Assembly: GCA_043228905.1 (NCBI GenBank)
Contig: JBHGNT010000016.1
Span: 10,044,001 to 10,108,000 of the forward strand
Length of the DNA: 64,000 nucleotides
From: Azolla caroliniana
Lineage: Eukaryota > Plantae > Polypodiophyta
Direction: 5' to 3'
Made by a program: the position numbers and the translations under genes. This document shows, in pieces, positions 13,890 to 26,612 of this stretch. The number at the start of each line of letters is the position of its first letter. Position 1 is the stretch's first letter. Under the pieces are notes generated by a model. It made no database searches and was not told the DNA's origin. It worked only from the letters and a program-made list of their open reading frames with translations.

Positions 13890-14684
13890 TCTTGACGGGA
13901 ACTACAACGCTCCCTCTACGCAACGCTCGGCCACAACCGAGCTTAGGATCATACACAGAAAACAGGAAACCGTAAAACACGCGACACAAAAAAAAAAGGA
14001 GAGAAGAGGTACACAGGATGTTTACGTGGAAAACCCCAAACTAGGGGAAAAACCACGGCAGCCCACAGGCTGCAAACTATCACTAGGTTAGTATGTACAA
14101 CAGTGAGTTCATTGAGGCACCGACCTCGTGCTCACGGATCTTCGCCACAGGCGGTGGTTACAACAGAGGCAGCGACCTCTTTCTCTCTCTCTCTCTCTGT
14201 ACACTGTTACGTGCTCTCTCTTCTTCTTGCACCAACAAGAAAAAAACAACCACTCTACAGTTTGCCCTAAGTCATATTTATACTAATATGACTTTTCGGC
14301 TATTTACAAATATAGCCTCGATGGACTATCAGAAAACATATTTACGAATATGTCTCTTCATCCGGTTCTCCGTAGCCGGGTACTCCTCATCCAGTTCATA
14401 CCGGGTCTGCACCATCCGGCCCTCCGTAGCCGGGTACTCCTCATCCGGTCTTCACCGGGTCTGCATCATCCGGCTCTCCGTAGCCGGGTACTCCTCATCC
14501 GGTTCATACCGGGTCTGTACCATCCGGCTCTCCGTAGCCGAGTACTCCTCATTTGGTCTTCACCGAGTCTGCATCATCCGGCTCTCCATAGCCAGGTCCA
14601 CCTCATACAGTTTCGGCCTCGACCGAGTTTGTTCATCGGCACTGTTCTTCTCCCTTCCCATCCGGAGGGACCTGTCTCCCAACA
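13890..14684 (-). mobile_element. Solo LTR (probably Copia type), 795 bp
   Basis: TCTTG...CAACA termini with exact 5-bp TSD ATAAA (13885-13889, 14685-14689). Homologous to 60650-61133. Orientation is inferred. Confidence 0.8.
14359..14596. repeat. 54-bp tandem repeat, ~4.4 copies, alternating A/B variants
   Basis: Units start at 14359, 14413, 14467, 14521 and 14575 (CATCCGGCTCTCCGTAGCCGGGTACTCCTCA...). Confidence 0.9.
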
Positions 14685-14930
14685 ATAAAGGCCCGGTTAC
14701 AATGTAATTGATAGTGGATAATTAATAGAACTTATTGCCTTAACCTTTCAGTATTGATTACCGTTCTATACTCATTGTTATATCTTACGCGTGTAATGAC
14801 GTATTGCTAAGTAACCACTTAAGGTCTAATTAAGCGTTGTGTCGTAAGTCATCTTGCCATAACACCCTTTGGTGAAGTGTCTTAAGTGGACACCCTGTGT
14901 TAGGCTGTTGTCCAGCCCTAAGGATTAACA

Positions 14931-17900
14931 TTATTGTGGAAATCTTGGACAATTCTAGAAGGATTGTCAACACCTTAAAGGACAAAAGTGTCTCAAAGGA
15001 TGTCGAACCCAGAAAGATTTTAGAGGAGAAGGGCACATCAGCCAAAGCTACAAGAAGAGGAGATCTTGTTCATTTGTGAGTAGGCAAGCACAAATCTTGC
15101 AAGTGAAGAGTGCACATGGGTTATCGACTCAGGTGCATCCTTTCATATAACTCCCTCGAGAGAGTGTTTGTCGACTTACACAGCAATGGATCATGGCTAT
15201 GTAAAGATGGGAGATAATGGGGAATGCAAGATAGTCGGCATCAGAAATGTATGCCTAACAACATCGACAAGTTGTCGGTTGATCCTGAAGGATTTTCGGC
15301 ATGTGCCCGATATCAGGTTGAATCTGATATCAACTGGAAGAATAGACTATGAAGGCTATAGTGGTAGCTTTCAAAATGACAAGTGGAAGTTCTGCCAAGG
15401 AAACCTCATAGTGGCCCGAGTACAGAAGCATGGCACATTGTATACGATGCATGCTCGATTGTGCAAGTCGGAAGTGAATGTGGTAGCCAACTCGAGTGGA
15501 GAGTGATGGCATTAGAGGCTAGGCCACATGACTGAAAAGGGGATGCATATCCTTGCCGACTAGAAACTTCTCCTAGAAGTGAAAGGAGTGCACCTGGAGA
15601 AGTGTGTCGACTACTTAGTTGGAAAGTAGAACAGAGTTGCATTCCACACAAGACCACCAAGAAGAAGAGAAGCTGCTCTGGAACTAGTACACACATATGT
15701 GTGCTACGTGGATGCTCCGTCGCATCGTGGTGGATAGTACTTTGTAACGTTAATTGACGACTACAGTCGAAAGTTGTGGGCTTTTGTACTAAAGTTGAAG
15801 GACCAAGTAGTGTTGTTCTTCAAGGAGTTCCAAGCAAGAGCTGAAAGAGAGTCAGGTCGAAAGTTGAAGGTTATCCGAACCGAAAACTGTGGTGAATATA
15901 GAAGGCAATTTGAAGATTATTGCAAGGCCCAAGGTATTCAAGTCGAATACACAGTTCCGAAGACCCTTGAGTTGAACGGGCTTGCAAAGAGGATAAATTG
16001 AACGATCATGGAAAGAGTAAGGAGCATGTTTTCGCATGTTAAGTTGCCCAAATCGTATTGGGGTGAGGCGATGTATATAGTTGTTTATCTTATCAACAGA
16101 TCTCCCTTAGTGGCATTGAAAGGTGATGTCCCACAGAGGGTGTGGGCAAGAAAGGATGTCTCCTATTCTTGAGGGTGTTTGGATGTTTAATGTATATGTA
16201 TGTAGCAAAGGATCAGAGGTCAAAGCTCGACAACAAGTCGAAACCATGCATATTCATGGGTTACTCGGAGGATGAGTTCAGCTACAGGCTTTGGGAGTTA
16301 GTCGATAAGAAAGTAGTGAGGAGTCGGGACATAGTCTTCTTGGAAGACAAAATGATTGAGGACTCGAAGCAACAAAAGTCGGAATTGACTTCCTAGTCGA
16401 CTCCCATTGGCACTGACTTAAGACCAGTCGAACCGACACATTCGGTTGTTCGGAGATAGCCAGTCGGCATAGCCGAATCCGAGTCGGTCGACTTGGAGCA
16501 ATTGACCAATACATATGAGTCGGAGTCAACAGACCTATTGAAGTCGATCGAGGATTATGAGTTGGAGGTGGCTAATCCTGAGCAACCGATCGACTTGTAT
16601 GAACCCGAGCCTAGAGAAGAGTCGGTAGAGACATCCGAACCGGAGCCGACAACGGATGGAAGGAGATACCCACTAAGAGAAAGGAGAGCACCGACAACAT
16701 ATGCCAGTCAATACATCCTCTTGACTGATGAAGGTGAGCCGGAGTGCTACGATAAGGCCATAGCCAACAAGCACAAAGAGTAATGGTTGAATGTAATACA
16801 AGATGAGATGGACTCCTTGCACGCAAATTATACTTACAACTTGGTGGAGCTAACAAAATGTAAGAGAGCATTGAGAAATAAGTGGGTCTACAAGGTAAAT
16901 ACTTGAGAAGTCAACAGTGCACCCAAATATAAAGCGTGCATTGTGGTGAAGGGGTTTCAATAGAAAAAGGGTGTCGACTTTGATGAAATATTCGCACCAA
17001 TCGTGAAAATGACATCCATCCAAAATGTTCTGAGTGTGGCTGCCAGTATGGATCTAGAGATCGAATAGTTGGATGTTAAAACAACATTCTTGCACGAGGA
17101 GCTAGACGAGGAGATCTACATGTAGTAGCCTGAAGGCTTTGTAGAGAAAGGAAAAGAGAATATGGTGTGTTTACTGAAGAAAAGCTTGTAGGGTCTGAAA
17201 CAAGCTCCACACCAATGGTACAAGATGTTTGAGTCCTCCATGCTGGAACATAAGTTCCAAAAAACACAGGTTGATCATTGTTTGTCGTAAAAAGGTACGA
17301 CAAAGGTGACTTCTTGATTCTCTTATTATATGTGGATGACATGTCGATAGTTAGACAAGATATAAGGAAGACGAAGAGCTTAAAGAAAGCTCTAGGCAAA
17401 TCGTTTGCCATGAAATATCTTGGTGGTGAAACAAATCTTGGTGAAGCACATAGTTTGAGATAGAACTAAGAAAGTGTTGTGGTTGTCACAAGAGAAGTAT
17501 GTGAAAAAGATCTTAGAAAGATTCAACATGTCGGAAGGAAAGCCAGTCGACTCTGTGTTGCCGACAAACTACAAGATGAACGTTAAGCAATGCCCAAAGA
17601 GCGAGAAGGAGAAAGCCGAGATGGGGAAAGTACCAATGCCTCGGTCGTCAGCCGTTTGATGTACAGTATGGTTTGCCTGAGACCAGACATAACATTAGTT
17701 GTGGGAGTAATAAGCCAATATATGAGTAATCCAGGAAGAGAACATTAGGCAGCAATAAAGTGGATACTCAGATACTTAAAGGGCACCTCAAGGGTGTGTC
17801 TCAGGTATGGTGTCGGAAAACCTATGGTTGAAGGGTTTACTGACTCTAACATGTCGGGGGATGTAGACTCAAGTCAATCCACCTCAAGGTACATGATGAC

Positions 17901-18281
17901 CTATGCAGGGGGGGCAGTGTCGTGACAATCAAGACTGTAGAAGTCTGTGGCCTTGTCAGCCACAAAAGTAGAGTACATAGCAGCGGTAAAGGCCAAGAAA
18001 GAACTGATTTGGATGAAGAATTTCCTCAGTGAACTAGGAATGAAGCAAGAGCAATTCCTAGTCCACTGTGATAATCGGAGCGCCATACATCTAGATAAAA
18101 AATGTTGCTTACCACTCCTGGACCAAGCATATATAGAGGAGGTATCACTGGTTGCAGGAGAAAGTGGAAGGAGAGTTTACCCTCGTGAAGATCCATACTG
18201 ACGACAATGGATCTGACATGCTCACCAAGATCCTACCGATGGATAGACTCAGAGTATGTCGACTAAAGATAAGACTAGCAG
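14931..18281 (+). pseudogene. pol: Copia gag-pol remnant of element D
   Basis: KLDNKSKPCIFMGY, DEGEPECY, YVDDM, VALSATKVEYIA; many stops and frameshifts. Confidence 0.88.
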
Positions 18282-18993
18282 TATTATAGATCATAGCACT
18301 AATGTAAGCTTAAGATAAGGATAAAGAATTGAAAGATAGAAAGGAGAAAGAGAAAGAAGGGTGCCGATCCACCCGACCACCCCCGAGCGAAGGGATCGAG
18401 ACGGACTCGAGCCTCGATCGGCGTCCCATACCACCGCCGTGGCGTCGAGTCGTACCTGGTGCTGGAGCGCTCGCTACAAAAGTTGACCCACCACACGAGC
18501 AGAGTCTCGATGTAGTCAAAAGATGATCCATTGAGGGTAGCTAGGCCTCTTATTTATAGCGATACCCAAGGCCCCCAGGCAAGTTCACACTTGACCTAAT
18601 GGGTTGTCTCAATCCCGAGGATTAAAAGTAATCCTCCCCTCCTTTACACTCTCGTTTAACCCTCACACTTATCCACGTGTATAGAATACTACGGTAAATT
18701 CTTACCACGGGATATTATATGGTCATGCCCGTAACACCACCCACCACACGAGCAGAGTCTCGATGTAGTCCCAAAAAAAATGATCAAATGAGGGTAGCTA
18801 GGCCTCTTATTTATAGCGATACCCAAGGCCCCCAGGCAAGTTCACACTTGACCTAATGGGTTGTCTCAATCCCGAGGATTAAAAGTAATCCTCCCCTTCT
18901 TTACACTCTCATTTAACCCTCACACTTATCCACGTGTATAGAATACTACGGTAAATTCTTACCACGGGATATTATATGGTCATGCCCGTAACA
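18282..18993 (-). repeat. 3' LTR of E with ~250-bp internal tandem duplication
   Basis: CCCGTAACA terminus occurs twice (ending 18736 and 18993); 18740-18993 repeats 18487-18736. Confidence 0.88.
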
Positions 18994-21900
18994 TACTCCC
19001 CCTCTTTAAAACATTGCACTCTTGCAATGGAAAGTTAGGGAAGTTAGTTCTAAGAGTATTTTCGCGTTCCCATGTGGCATCTTTTATTGATTTATCCATC
19101 CATTTTATTTTGAATTCTCGGATTTCTTTAGTACGTAATTTTTTTGTTTTAACATCGAGAATTCTTTCTGGTACATGTGGTTTAGAAGATAATTCTTCAG
19201 AAGTAACCAGAGTTTCAGTTGTAACTGTATTGTCGCCAGAACCTAGAAGTTCTTTTAGACGACTCACATGAAAGACTGGATGAATTCCGACACCATCGGG
19301 AAGAGCGAGACGATAGGCTGATGACCCAATTCGTTTGAGGACTGTAAAAGGTCCACAAAACCGTGGGGCTAACTTAGCGCACTTACCCGTAGACAATGTC
19401 TTAGAATTGTGAGGTACACGTAAAAATACCTTCTGTCCAGGGTTGAATACACGAGGTTGCCTATGATGATCGGCATAAAAACGCGCTCTATCTTGAGCTG
19501 TTTTTATATTATCTCGTGCAATATGCAACATATCTTGCATATCCCGAAGAAAGTTTTGCGTACTTCGCAACTCATCATGATGTATATTAACATCAATCGG
19601 GGCTCGTGGCTGAAAACCATACATCAACATAAAAGGACTATATCCCGTCGACGTATGCTTGGAGCTGTTATAAGCAAACTCCAAAATTGGGAGATAACGT
19701 TCCCATTTTGTTGGTTTTGCACCAACGTATGCTCGAAGCATGTCCTCAATAATTTGATTTACTCGTTCTGTCTGTCCATCGGATTGAGGATGATCCGTGG
19801 AGCTCATGCTCAACGTAGTTTCTAACTTCTTAAAGACTTGTGTCCAGAAGTCACTAGTAAACTTTGGATCTCGATCACTCACGATATCCATCGGTAACCC
19901 ATAAAAACGAAACAATTCGTCAACGAATTGGTAAGCCAATTCAGGAGCTGTTACCGTGGTTTTAGTAGCAATAAATCTGGCCATTTTAGTTAGTCGATCA
20001 ACGACAACCCAGATGGCATCATGACCTTTTTGGGTGCGAGGAAGGCTAACAATAAAATCCATGGATATACTTTCCCACTTATTATTGGGAATGTCCAAGG
20101 GATGTAAAAGTCCTGCGGCTTTAAGTCGCTCGGCTTTGTTAACCTGACACTGGTGACATTTAGTCACATAGCTATGTATGTCAGGACGCATCTTAGGCCA
20201 ATAAAATTGAGTGGAGATGAGAACGAGTGTACGATGTATTCCAGGGTGCCCTGCTGAGGGTGCATCATGGCATTCAAAAAGAATCCTCTTTTTGACCTCG
20301 GGTAAATCTGGAACACAAACCTTCCCATTACGGTAGAGCAAACCGTTAGCAATGTGGAAGTATTCCTTCAAGGATGTGGTGGTGTCTGTTCCAGACTCAA
20401 CTCTAGCCCAGTATTTTGCAAAATAACTGTCATCAGGATACTTTCCTCGAAGGTGATCATAAAGATCTGATGATATTTCAGTGAAGCTAAGCGTGTTAAC
20501 TTCACGGATGCGACTTAGTGCATCAGCGACAATGTTCATGGAACCTTTACGATATCATATGGAAAAATCAAAGTCCTGGATGAGATCAGCCCATCGTGCC
20601 TTACGACCTTTCAGGTCTTGTTGGTCACAAAAATATTTCAAGGACTCGTGGTCCGTAGTTACCACAAAGTGATTTCCATAAAGATAATGGCGCCATGTTT
20701 TGAGCGCATGTATAACTGCAAATAATTCCTTTTCTTGAACAGTATACCGACATTGAGCAGAATCAAGTTTCTTACTCTCGAATGCTATTGGTTTACCATC
20801 TTGATACAAGACAGCACCTATAGCATAATCGCTTGCATCGGTTTCAACCTCAAAAGGTTTTGAAGGATCAGGTAAAAGAAGTGAAGGAGCCTTGCAAACT
20901 AGGTCCTTGAGTTCCTTAAATGCAAGGTCTAGTGTAGCATTCCACACAATAGGTTTTGTAGACTTACGCGTTTGACCTTTTAAAAGATCAGTAAACAGCA
21001 TCGTCAATTGGGAGTAATTACGAAGAGACTTTCGCAAAAACCCCACAAAACCAAGGAATGATCGAACTTCTCGAATATTCCGAAGAGTGGGCCAAAGCTT
21101 GATTTTCTCAATGCGAGAAGGATCAATTTCAACTCCTCGTTCGGTTATGAGATGTCCTAGATAAGTAATTGATTTCTTGAAGAACTCACATTTTGAGATC
21201 TTCGCATAAAACTGTTTGTCACGCAATGTTTGTAAAACAAAGCGGACATGTCTAGCATGTTCTTGTAATGTACGGCTATAAACTAAAATATCATCCAAGA
21301 AAATAACGACAAATTTTCCAAGTTGTTCTCGGAAAATGTCATTCATTTCTTGTTGAAATGTAGCCGGCGCATTGGTCAAACCAAAAGGCATAACCAAAAA
21401 CTCGTAATGGCCATAGCGCGTACGAAATGCCGTTTTAGGAACATCGTCCTCACTTATTCGTATTTGATGGTAGCCAGTACGGAGATCAAGTTTCGTAAAA
21501 TACCGAGCTCCCTGGAGACGGTCAATTAGATCGTCAGCCTGGGGCAATGGATACGAATTCTTGATTGTCAATTTATTCAAGCGTCGGTAATTAATACACA
21601 TACGCCATGTGCCCTCTTTCTTTTTAACCAAGAGAACTGGTGCACCCCATGGAGATTTACTATAACGTATATAACCCATTCGTAAATAGTCCTTGAGTTG
21701 CTTAGATACCTCATCTTCTTCGGATCGACTTAAGCGATACGGAGGTATACTTATTGGTGCAACACCAGGTACAATATCTATACGATGGTCTATATTACGT
21801 TTAGGAGGTAACCCATCAGGTAGTTCACTTGGAAAAACATCATGAAAATCATTTAAGATTTCATCAAGTTGTTGTTGTTCAAAATATGTTAATTGAATCG

Positions 21901-23413
21901 GGACATTATCGATATTGTAAACGTGAATGTCCGGATCAAGTACACAATAAAATAATGTAGAACAAGACAACTCGGTTATTGATGGACACGAGGAAACAAT
22001 CGAGAGGGATTGTTTTTTTACACATTGAATAAAATGCGTACAATCGTTCAGTACAAAAGAAATGGAATGACGAACCCAATCAATAAATAAAGAAGAGTTT
22101 TTATTATAAAACCAGGGATAACCCAGTATTACATCGGTGGTACAAAGATTCATTACATGGAAGTCTACTTCCTCTATATAAGTATCAATAGAAATTCCTA
22201 ATGAATGAATCGCCCCGTTGATGTATTGTACTCTTCCATCAGCCAAGTGCACCGTGTAGGTGTGATCACTTATGGTGGGTTGGATTCCCCATATCTGAAC
22301 CAAACGATCATTCACAAAATTGTGTGAGCTTCCCGAATCAAATAAAAATTGTACGGGAGATCCATTGATATACCCGTTTGCACGTAGTAAATCATTGGGA
22401 CCCAATACATAGTGAGGGAAAGAACATTGACAATTACTTAAATGATGTGTATAGACCTGAAGGACATTAGGAATCTGACCTTTATGGTCTGCAGCTTTAG
22501 CTTTGTTGTCGTGCTCTTTCTGTTGGAGCTTTCGACATTGATCTTTTGTATGACCCTTCTTTTTGCAGAATACACAAAAAGGATGTTGTCGCTTACAATC
22601 GCGATCCAGGAATTCGTTGGGTGTCTTGCGTTTCCCAACAAATTGCGACTGCTTAGTCCCGGGCGCTTCGTTGGGTTTGTTATGGTCCTTCTTCGAAGTG
22701 CGTTGATATCGAAGAACTATTTCAACGGCCTCTTCGAAGGATTTTGGATCCTTATCGTGCACTATCTAGTGATAGTCCGAATTGGGGATGCCATTGACAA
22801 AACAAGCTATCAACCAATTGTCCCCTTCTAGACCCGATTTTTGGATTTGGGTTCTAGCATGGTGAACATAGTCTTCTAGCGAGGAAAATTTCCTGCTAGA
22901 GAGGTTCATTAAAGCTTGTGCTGCCTCGGTTCGAGAGGGAGGTTGCAGAAATTGGCCCTTAAAAACCGTGACAAAATCTGTCCAGGTATCGGGCAATTTC
23001 CCCATAGTACGGAGGCCACGCCACCAGGCGGCAGCCTTACCCCCGAGTTCTCGGCCGACATATGCAATCTTCGTACTATCTGGCGTGGGATAGAGCTCAA
23101 AATGAGACTCCCATCGTCCCAGCCATGTGCAGATTGCTTCTTCGGTTCTTTCCTTTTTGTCTCCCGTAAATGACTTAACGACAAATGATGGTTCACCTTG
23201 TCGCTCATCAGGTCTATTAGTCTCACGTTGTAGACTAATGACACGTGCCTCAAGAGCACTCTGAGATTGCCGAAGTTCGGTCATCTGTTGAGCGGTGAAA
23301 CTAAGGAATTGGGTTATTTGTGCCAAATACATCTCAGTGGACATTTGTCCAGGAGGATTCCCTTGAGTTCCTTCCGCTTGAGCGGATGACATCGGGTCGT
23401 TAATTTGAGCCAT
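18980..23413 (-). pseudogene. gag-pol: Single-frame gag-pol of E (gag, CCHC, PR, RT, RNaseH, INT, chromodomain) with two in-frame stops
   Basis: [48 protein letters not shown]...FKIKW...ATWE. Stops at 22766 (TAG) and 20555 (TGA). Confidence 0.92.
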
Positions 23414-24600
23414 TAAAGATTATTTCTGGAAAAGAAATAGGATAAGGTCAGAGATATAGTCATAACATCATGTCGTGATGTAAACATATCATGGGCGAGC
23501 ATTAATCGATATCATTATCTCACGTCAATACCCCTCTAGACGTATGAGATGAGGTTCAAGATCAGGTTACTATGGTAACACAAAGGTGTTTTAAAAACCA
23601 TGGGGGTGACAAATAAATGTCTTTCCCTGATCTCTATATCGATTTTTTCATGGTGGCTCCCCGAGGCTCAACCATGTATGTTCGCGTCATGAATAGTTTA
23701 TACACGAAAAAAATGTTAACAATAAACTATGTTTCGGTGCCCACATAAGTGGTTTCGGCTCTTTAAGTCCTATTACGAGGACCCCGAGGTGCACTTAGAC
23801 CTTAAGTCTAAACATGTGTTATAGTCATATGTATCAAGGATGTTGTATGGTCTTGGTCATATTTGAACTCGAGACCTCGAGAACAAATACATTAAACACT
23901 TGAGCCAACCAAGTAAGTTGCTCTTCTCGAATGCTTAATGTTTGATGCGTATAAGAGATATGCGAGGCAATTGATCATATATGTTTTTTTAAAAGAACAT
24001 ATATGTCAAGGGTCCTTATTTCGCCCTCATTTACCAAAACTATGTTGGTACGTTACCTAACCTCAAGTCTCGTAATTACGATGGCATACGCCAAAGTGCA
24101 ACCTAATGGTCAAGCCAAATGAGCCCTCGTTTCGTAGTAGGCTCATGTGGGCCATCACATGGTCACGTCATTACGAATGCCTCTCGTAAGAACGAGCTCA
24201 TGGTGGCATCGTATCCATGTAACGAGGGAGGGATGTTGGATACGTGCGTCATTGGAGCGACCTCACTTGAAGTGGGTCAAGCCCTACGTACTCAACATCA
24301 TTATGGCTATTGCGTTTCTTTACGTAACGAAATCGAGGTCATCAACGGGGTTGTCAACAATAAAAAATTGTTGAAAATGGGATGGTGACAACGCCATTCT
24401 CACAAAAATGTGAGGACGGCCACCAACATCCTTTTCCCGACCATGACAACTTTTGATGTAATCACGTAATAACGAATATACACATATGTTTACTTATCAC
24501 ATATATACGATCAAATACGTATATATGTGACCACATATGCCTATATGAAACATATCGTTATAGTAAATAGCCACTAATGATGTGATCGAGATACGTAATC

Positions 24601-24842
24601 GAGGTATATACCTCTACGCACACGAAACATCCACAATAAGAGATCATCGTAATACGCAATGGAGGTATTGACCTCTTACGCATACGAGACCAAACGCATA
24701 TCGTTTACAACAAATCAAGGTATTAAACTCATACGCAAACGTAACATATGTTCGTGAACGTAATACGTAATTGAGGTATTAACCTCGTACGCATACGACA
24801 CTCATCACATATTATCAATATGTCAAACGAGGTATTGACCTC
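24601..24842. repeat. Five spaced hairpin repeats GAGGT-N4-ACCTC in the leader of E
   Basis: Copies at 24601, 24662, 24717 (degenerate), 24773 and 24829. Confidence 0.75.
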
Positions 24843-25087
24843 GTGCACATATGTAAACGTTTTAGATAATCAATTAAAGACCACTACAACATCATTGACT
24901 TAATGAGAAAAATTACATATAAACTAAACACATGATTAGATGGGAGAAGAGAGAATAGAAAGAAAATTATGGAAAGAGTTACCGAAGTTCTTTGTTGATC
25001 GTTGTCTGGATCAAGGCCAACCGCACAACGATCGATCAGCATCAATCAAAAGACAAATGAAAAACAAAGAAACATTAGTACATAAAA

Positions 25088-25097
25088 TCTGATACCA
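25088..25097 (-). promoter_or_regulatory. PBS (tRNA-iMet) of element E
   Basis: Reverse complement TGGTATCAGA, 2 nt from the 5' LTR. Confidence 0.85.
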
Positions 25098-25099
25098 AA

Positions 25100-25558
25100 T
25101 ATTATAGATCATAATACTAACGTAAGCTTAAGATAAGGATAATGAAAAGATAGATAGAAAGGAGAAAGAGAAAGAAGGGTGCCGATCCACCCGACCACCC
25201 CCGAGCGAAGGGATCGAGACGGACTCGAGCCTCGATCAGTGTCCCATACCACCGCCGTGGCGTCGAGTCGTACCTGGTGCTGGCGCGCTCGCTACAAGAG
25301 TTGACCCACCACACGAGCAGAGTCTCGATGTAGTCCCAAAAAAAATGATCAAATGAGGGTAGCTAGGCCTCTTATTTATAGCGATACCCAAGGCCCCCAG
25401 GCAAGTTCACACTTGACCTAATGGGTTGTCTCAATCCCGAGGATTAAAAGTAATCCTCCCCTTCTTTACACTCTCATTTAACCCTCACACTTATCCACGT
25501 GTATAGAATACTACGGTAAATTCTTACCACGGGATATTATATGGTCATGCCCGTAACA
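25100..25558 (-). repeat. 5' LTR of E
   Basis: Repeat of 18282-18736; adjacent to the PBS. Confidence 0.9.
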
Positions 25559-26612
25559 TACAGACTTCCTCCCACAGGACTGAAGGGGGAGTTTGTTAAG
25601 AATATGTCCCTCATGTGGGCGGAGCCGACTATGTTGAGCCGACAGTCGAAGACAATGAGTAGCTCACTGGTTGGGCCGCGAGCTGACAGTCGATGACATG
25701 GAGAGTTGACAACATTACATATGTGATCCAAGTCAAACACACGACCGGCTAATCGGGCTGACCGGATTGTCAATGACAAGGCCGACTAGTCGAGTCGACT
25801 GGATAGTCGACATAGGCGTCAACTAGTAGAAACAACTAGTTGATCAGTCAGTTCATTAACGATTGTTACTGTTATTATTAAAGATAATAATAATAGTAGA
25901 AATATTTGTAAATAACCCATAGTGTGCATGAGTATAAATACACCTAGGGCAAACTTTATGTTGTGTGTAGAACAGAAGTGCAGAGTGTTGAATAAAAAGT
26001 GTTGTCCAGAGAGAAATAGAGGTAGAGATAGAGATAAATCATATTATCATCTTCAGAGGTCAAATATGACCTATGAGACCAGAAATATTATATTTCATGT
26101 GATACGTGTGAAAATGAGTAACGACTCTTGATGTTGAAGAACTTTACCAATGAATGTTGCAATTGAGAGTGCACATTGTGGTTGTGAGAGAAATTCGTGC
26201 AAGAATTTGACTCGGTCGAAGACATGTGGAAAGCATGGTCGAAATGATCAAAGGTAGAGCAAACATGTTTGCATTCAAAAGTGGAAGGATCGCACACAAT
26301 TGGAAGGATAAGGAATATTCTGTTTGATTTCAGGGCTTTTTTAACCATCTCAAAAAACATGTGATACCGGTATCACTCATGCACAAAGATTCGATGAAAA
26401 AGCTTAGAATCTCACCATTCCATATATTTGAAAATTCACAAAATTAGGCAAATTTCATAAATTTACGCCATGTTTTTTACCGTAAAAATAACAACTCATG
26501 TTTTTTATAACAAACAATATTCGCTATGAGTAGTTGATTTAAAAACAATTAAGCTTTATATCATTCGAGGCCTTACAAGCTTATATTGTTACCGTTCATG
26601 CCAAAAATACAA

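Larger units (their letters stand above)
1..14930 (+). mobile_element. Ty3/Gypsy non-chromovirus (Athila-like) LTR retrotransposon A, 5' part outside window; hosts element B and a solo LTR; itself inserted in the gag of Copia D
   Basis: RT-RNaseH-INT order at 1-2668, extra ORF, 3' LTR TGTTAC(13693)...TTAACA(14930). Copia zinc-knuckle codons start immediately after 14930. Confidence 0.85.
13693..14930 (+). repeat. 3' LTR of element A, interrupted by a solo LTR
   Basis: TGTTA...TAACA termini. The reconstructed TATA context CTATATAAAGGC resembles ATATATAAAGGGC in the LTR at 59544-60048. Confidence 0.72.
18282..25558 (-). mobile_element. Ty3/Gypsy chromovirus E with tRNA-iMet PBS and ~1.7-kb 5' leader
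   Basis: LTRs 25100-25558 and 18282-18993; PBS TGGTATCAGA; PPT GAGGGGGAGTA next to 18993; imperfect TSD AGCAG/TACAG. Confidence 0.92.
14931..26030 (+). mobile_element. Decayed Ty1/Copia element D (Tnt1/Tork-like), interrupted by E; 3' LTR probably truncated
   Basis: Order gag knuckle-PR (WVIDSGAS)-INT-RT (LLLYVDDM)-RNaseH. Coding resumes after E. PPT AAGGGGGAG 25583-25591 and LTR start TGTTAAG 25594. Right boundary approximate. Confidence 0.85.

Noticed and set aside
14093-14707. 204-aa and 112-aa repetitive ORFs
   Set aside because: By-product of a stop-free 54-bp repeat within a solo LTR.
22766-22768. Programmed stop read-through between gag and pol in E
   Set aside because: The TAG lies inside gag before the zinc knuckle and is best explained as a CAG-to-TAG mutation.
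26040-26360. Third gene downstream of the transposase
   Set aside because: Short ORFs with no recognisable motif; conservation with 43153-43279 is explained by a shared non-coding tail.
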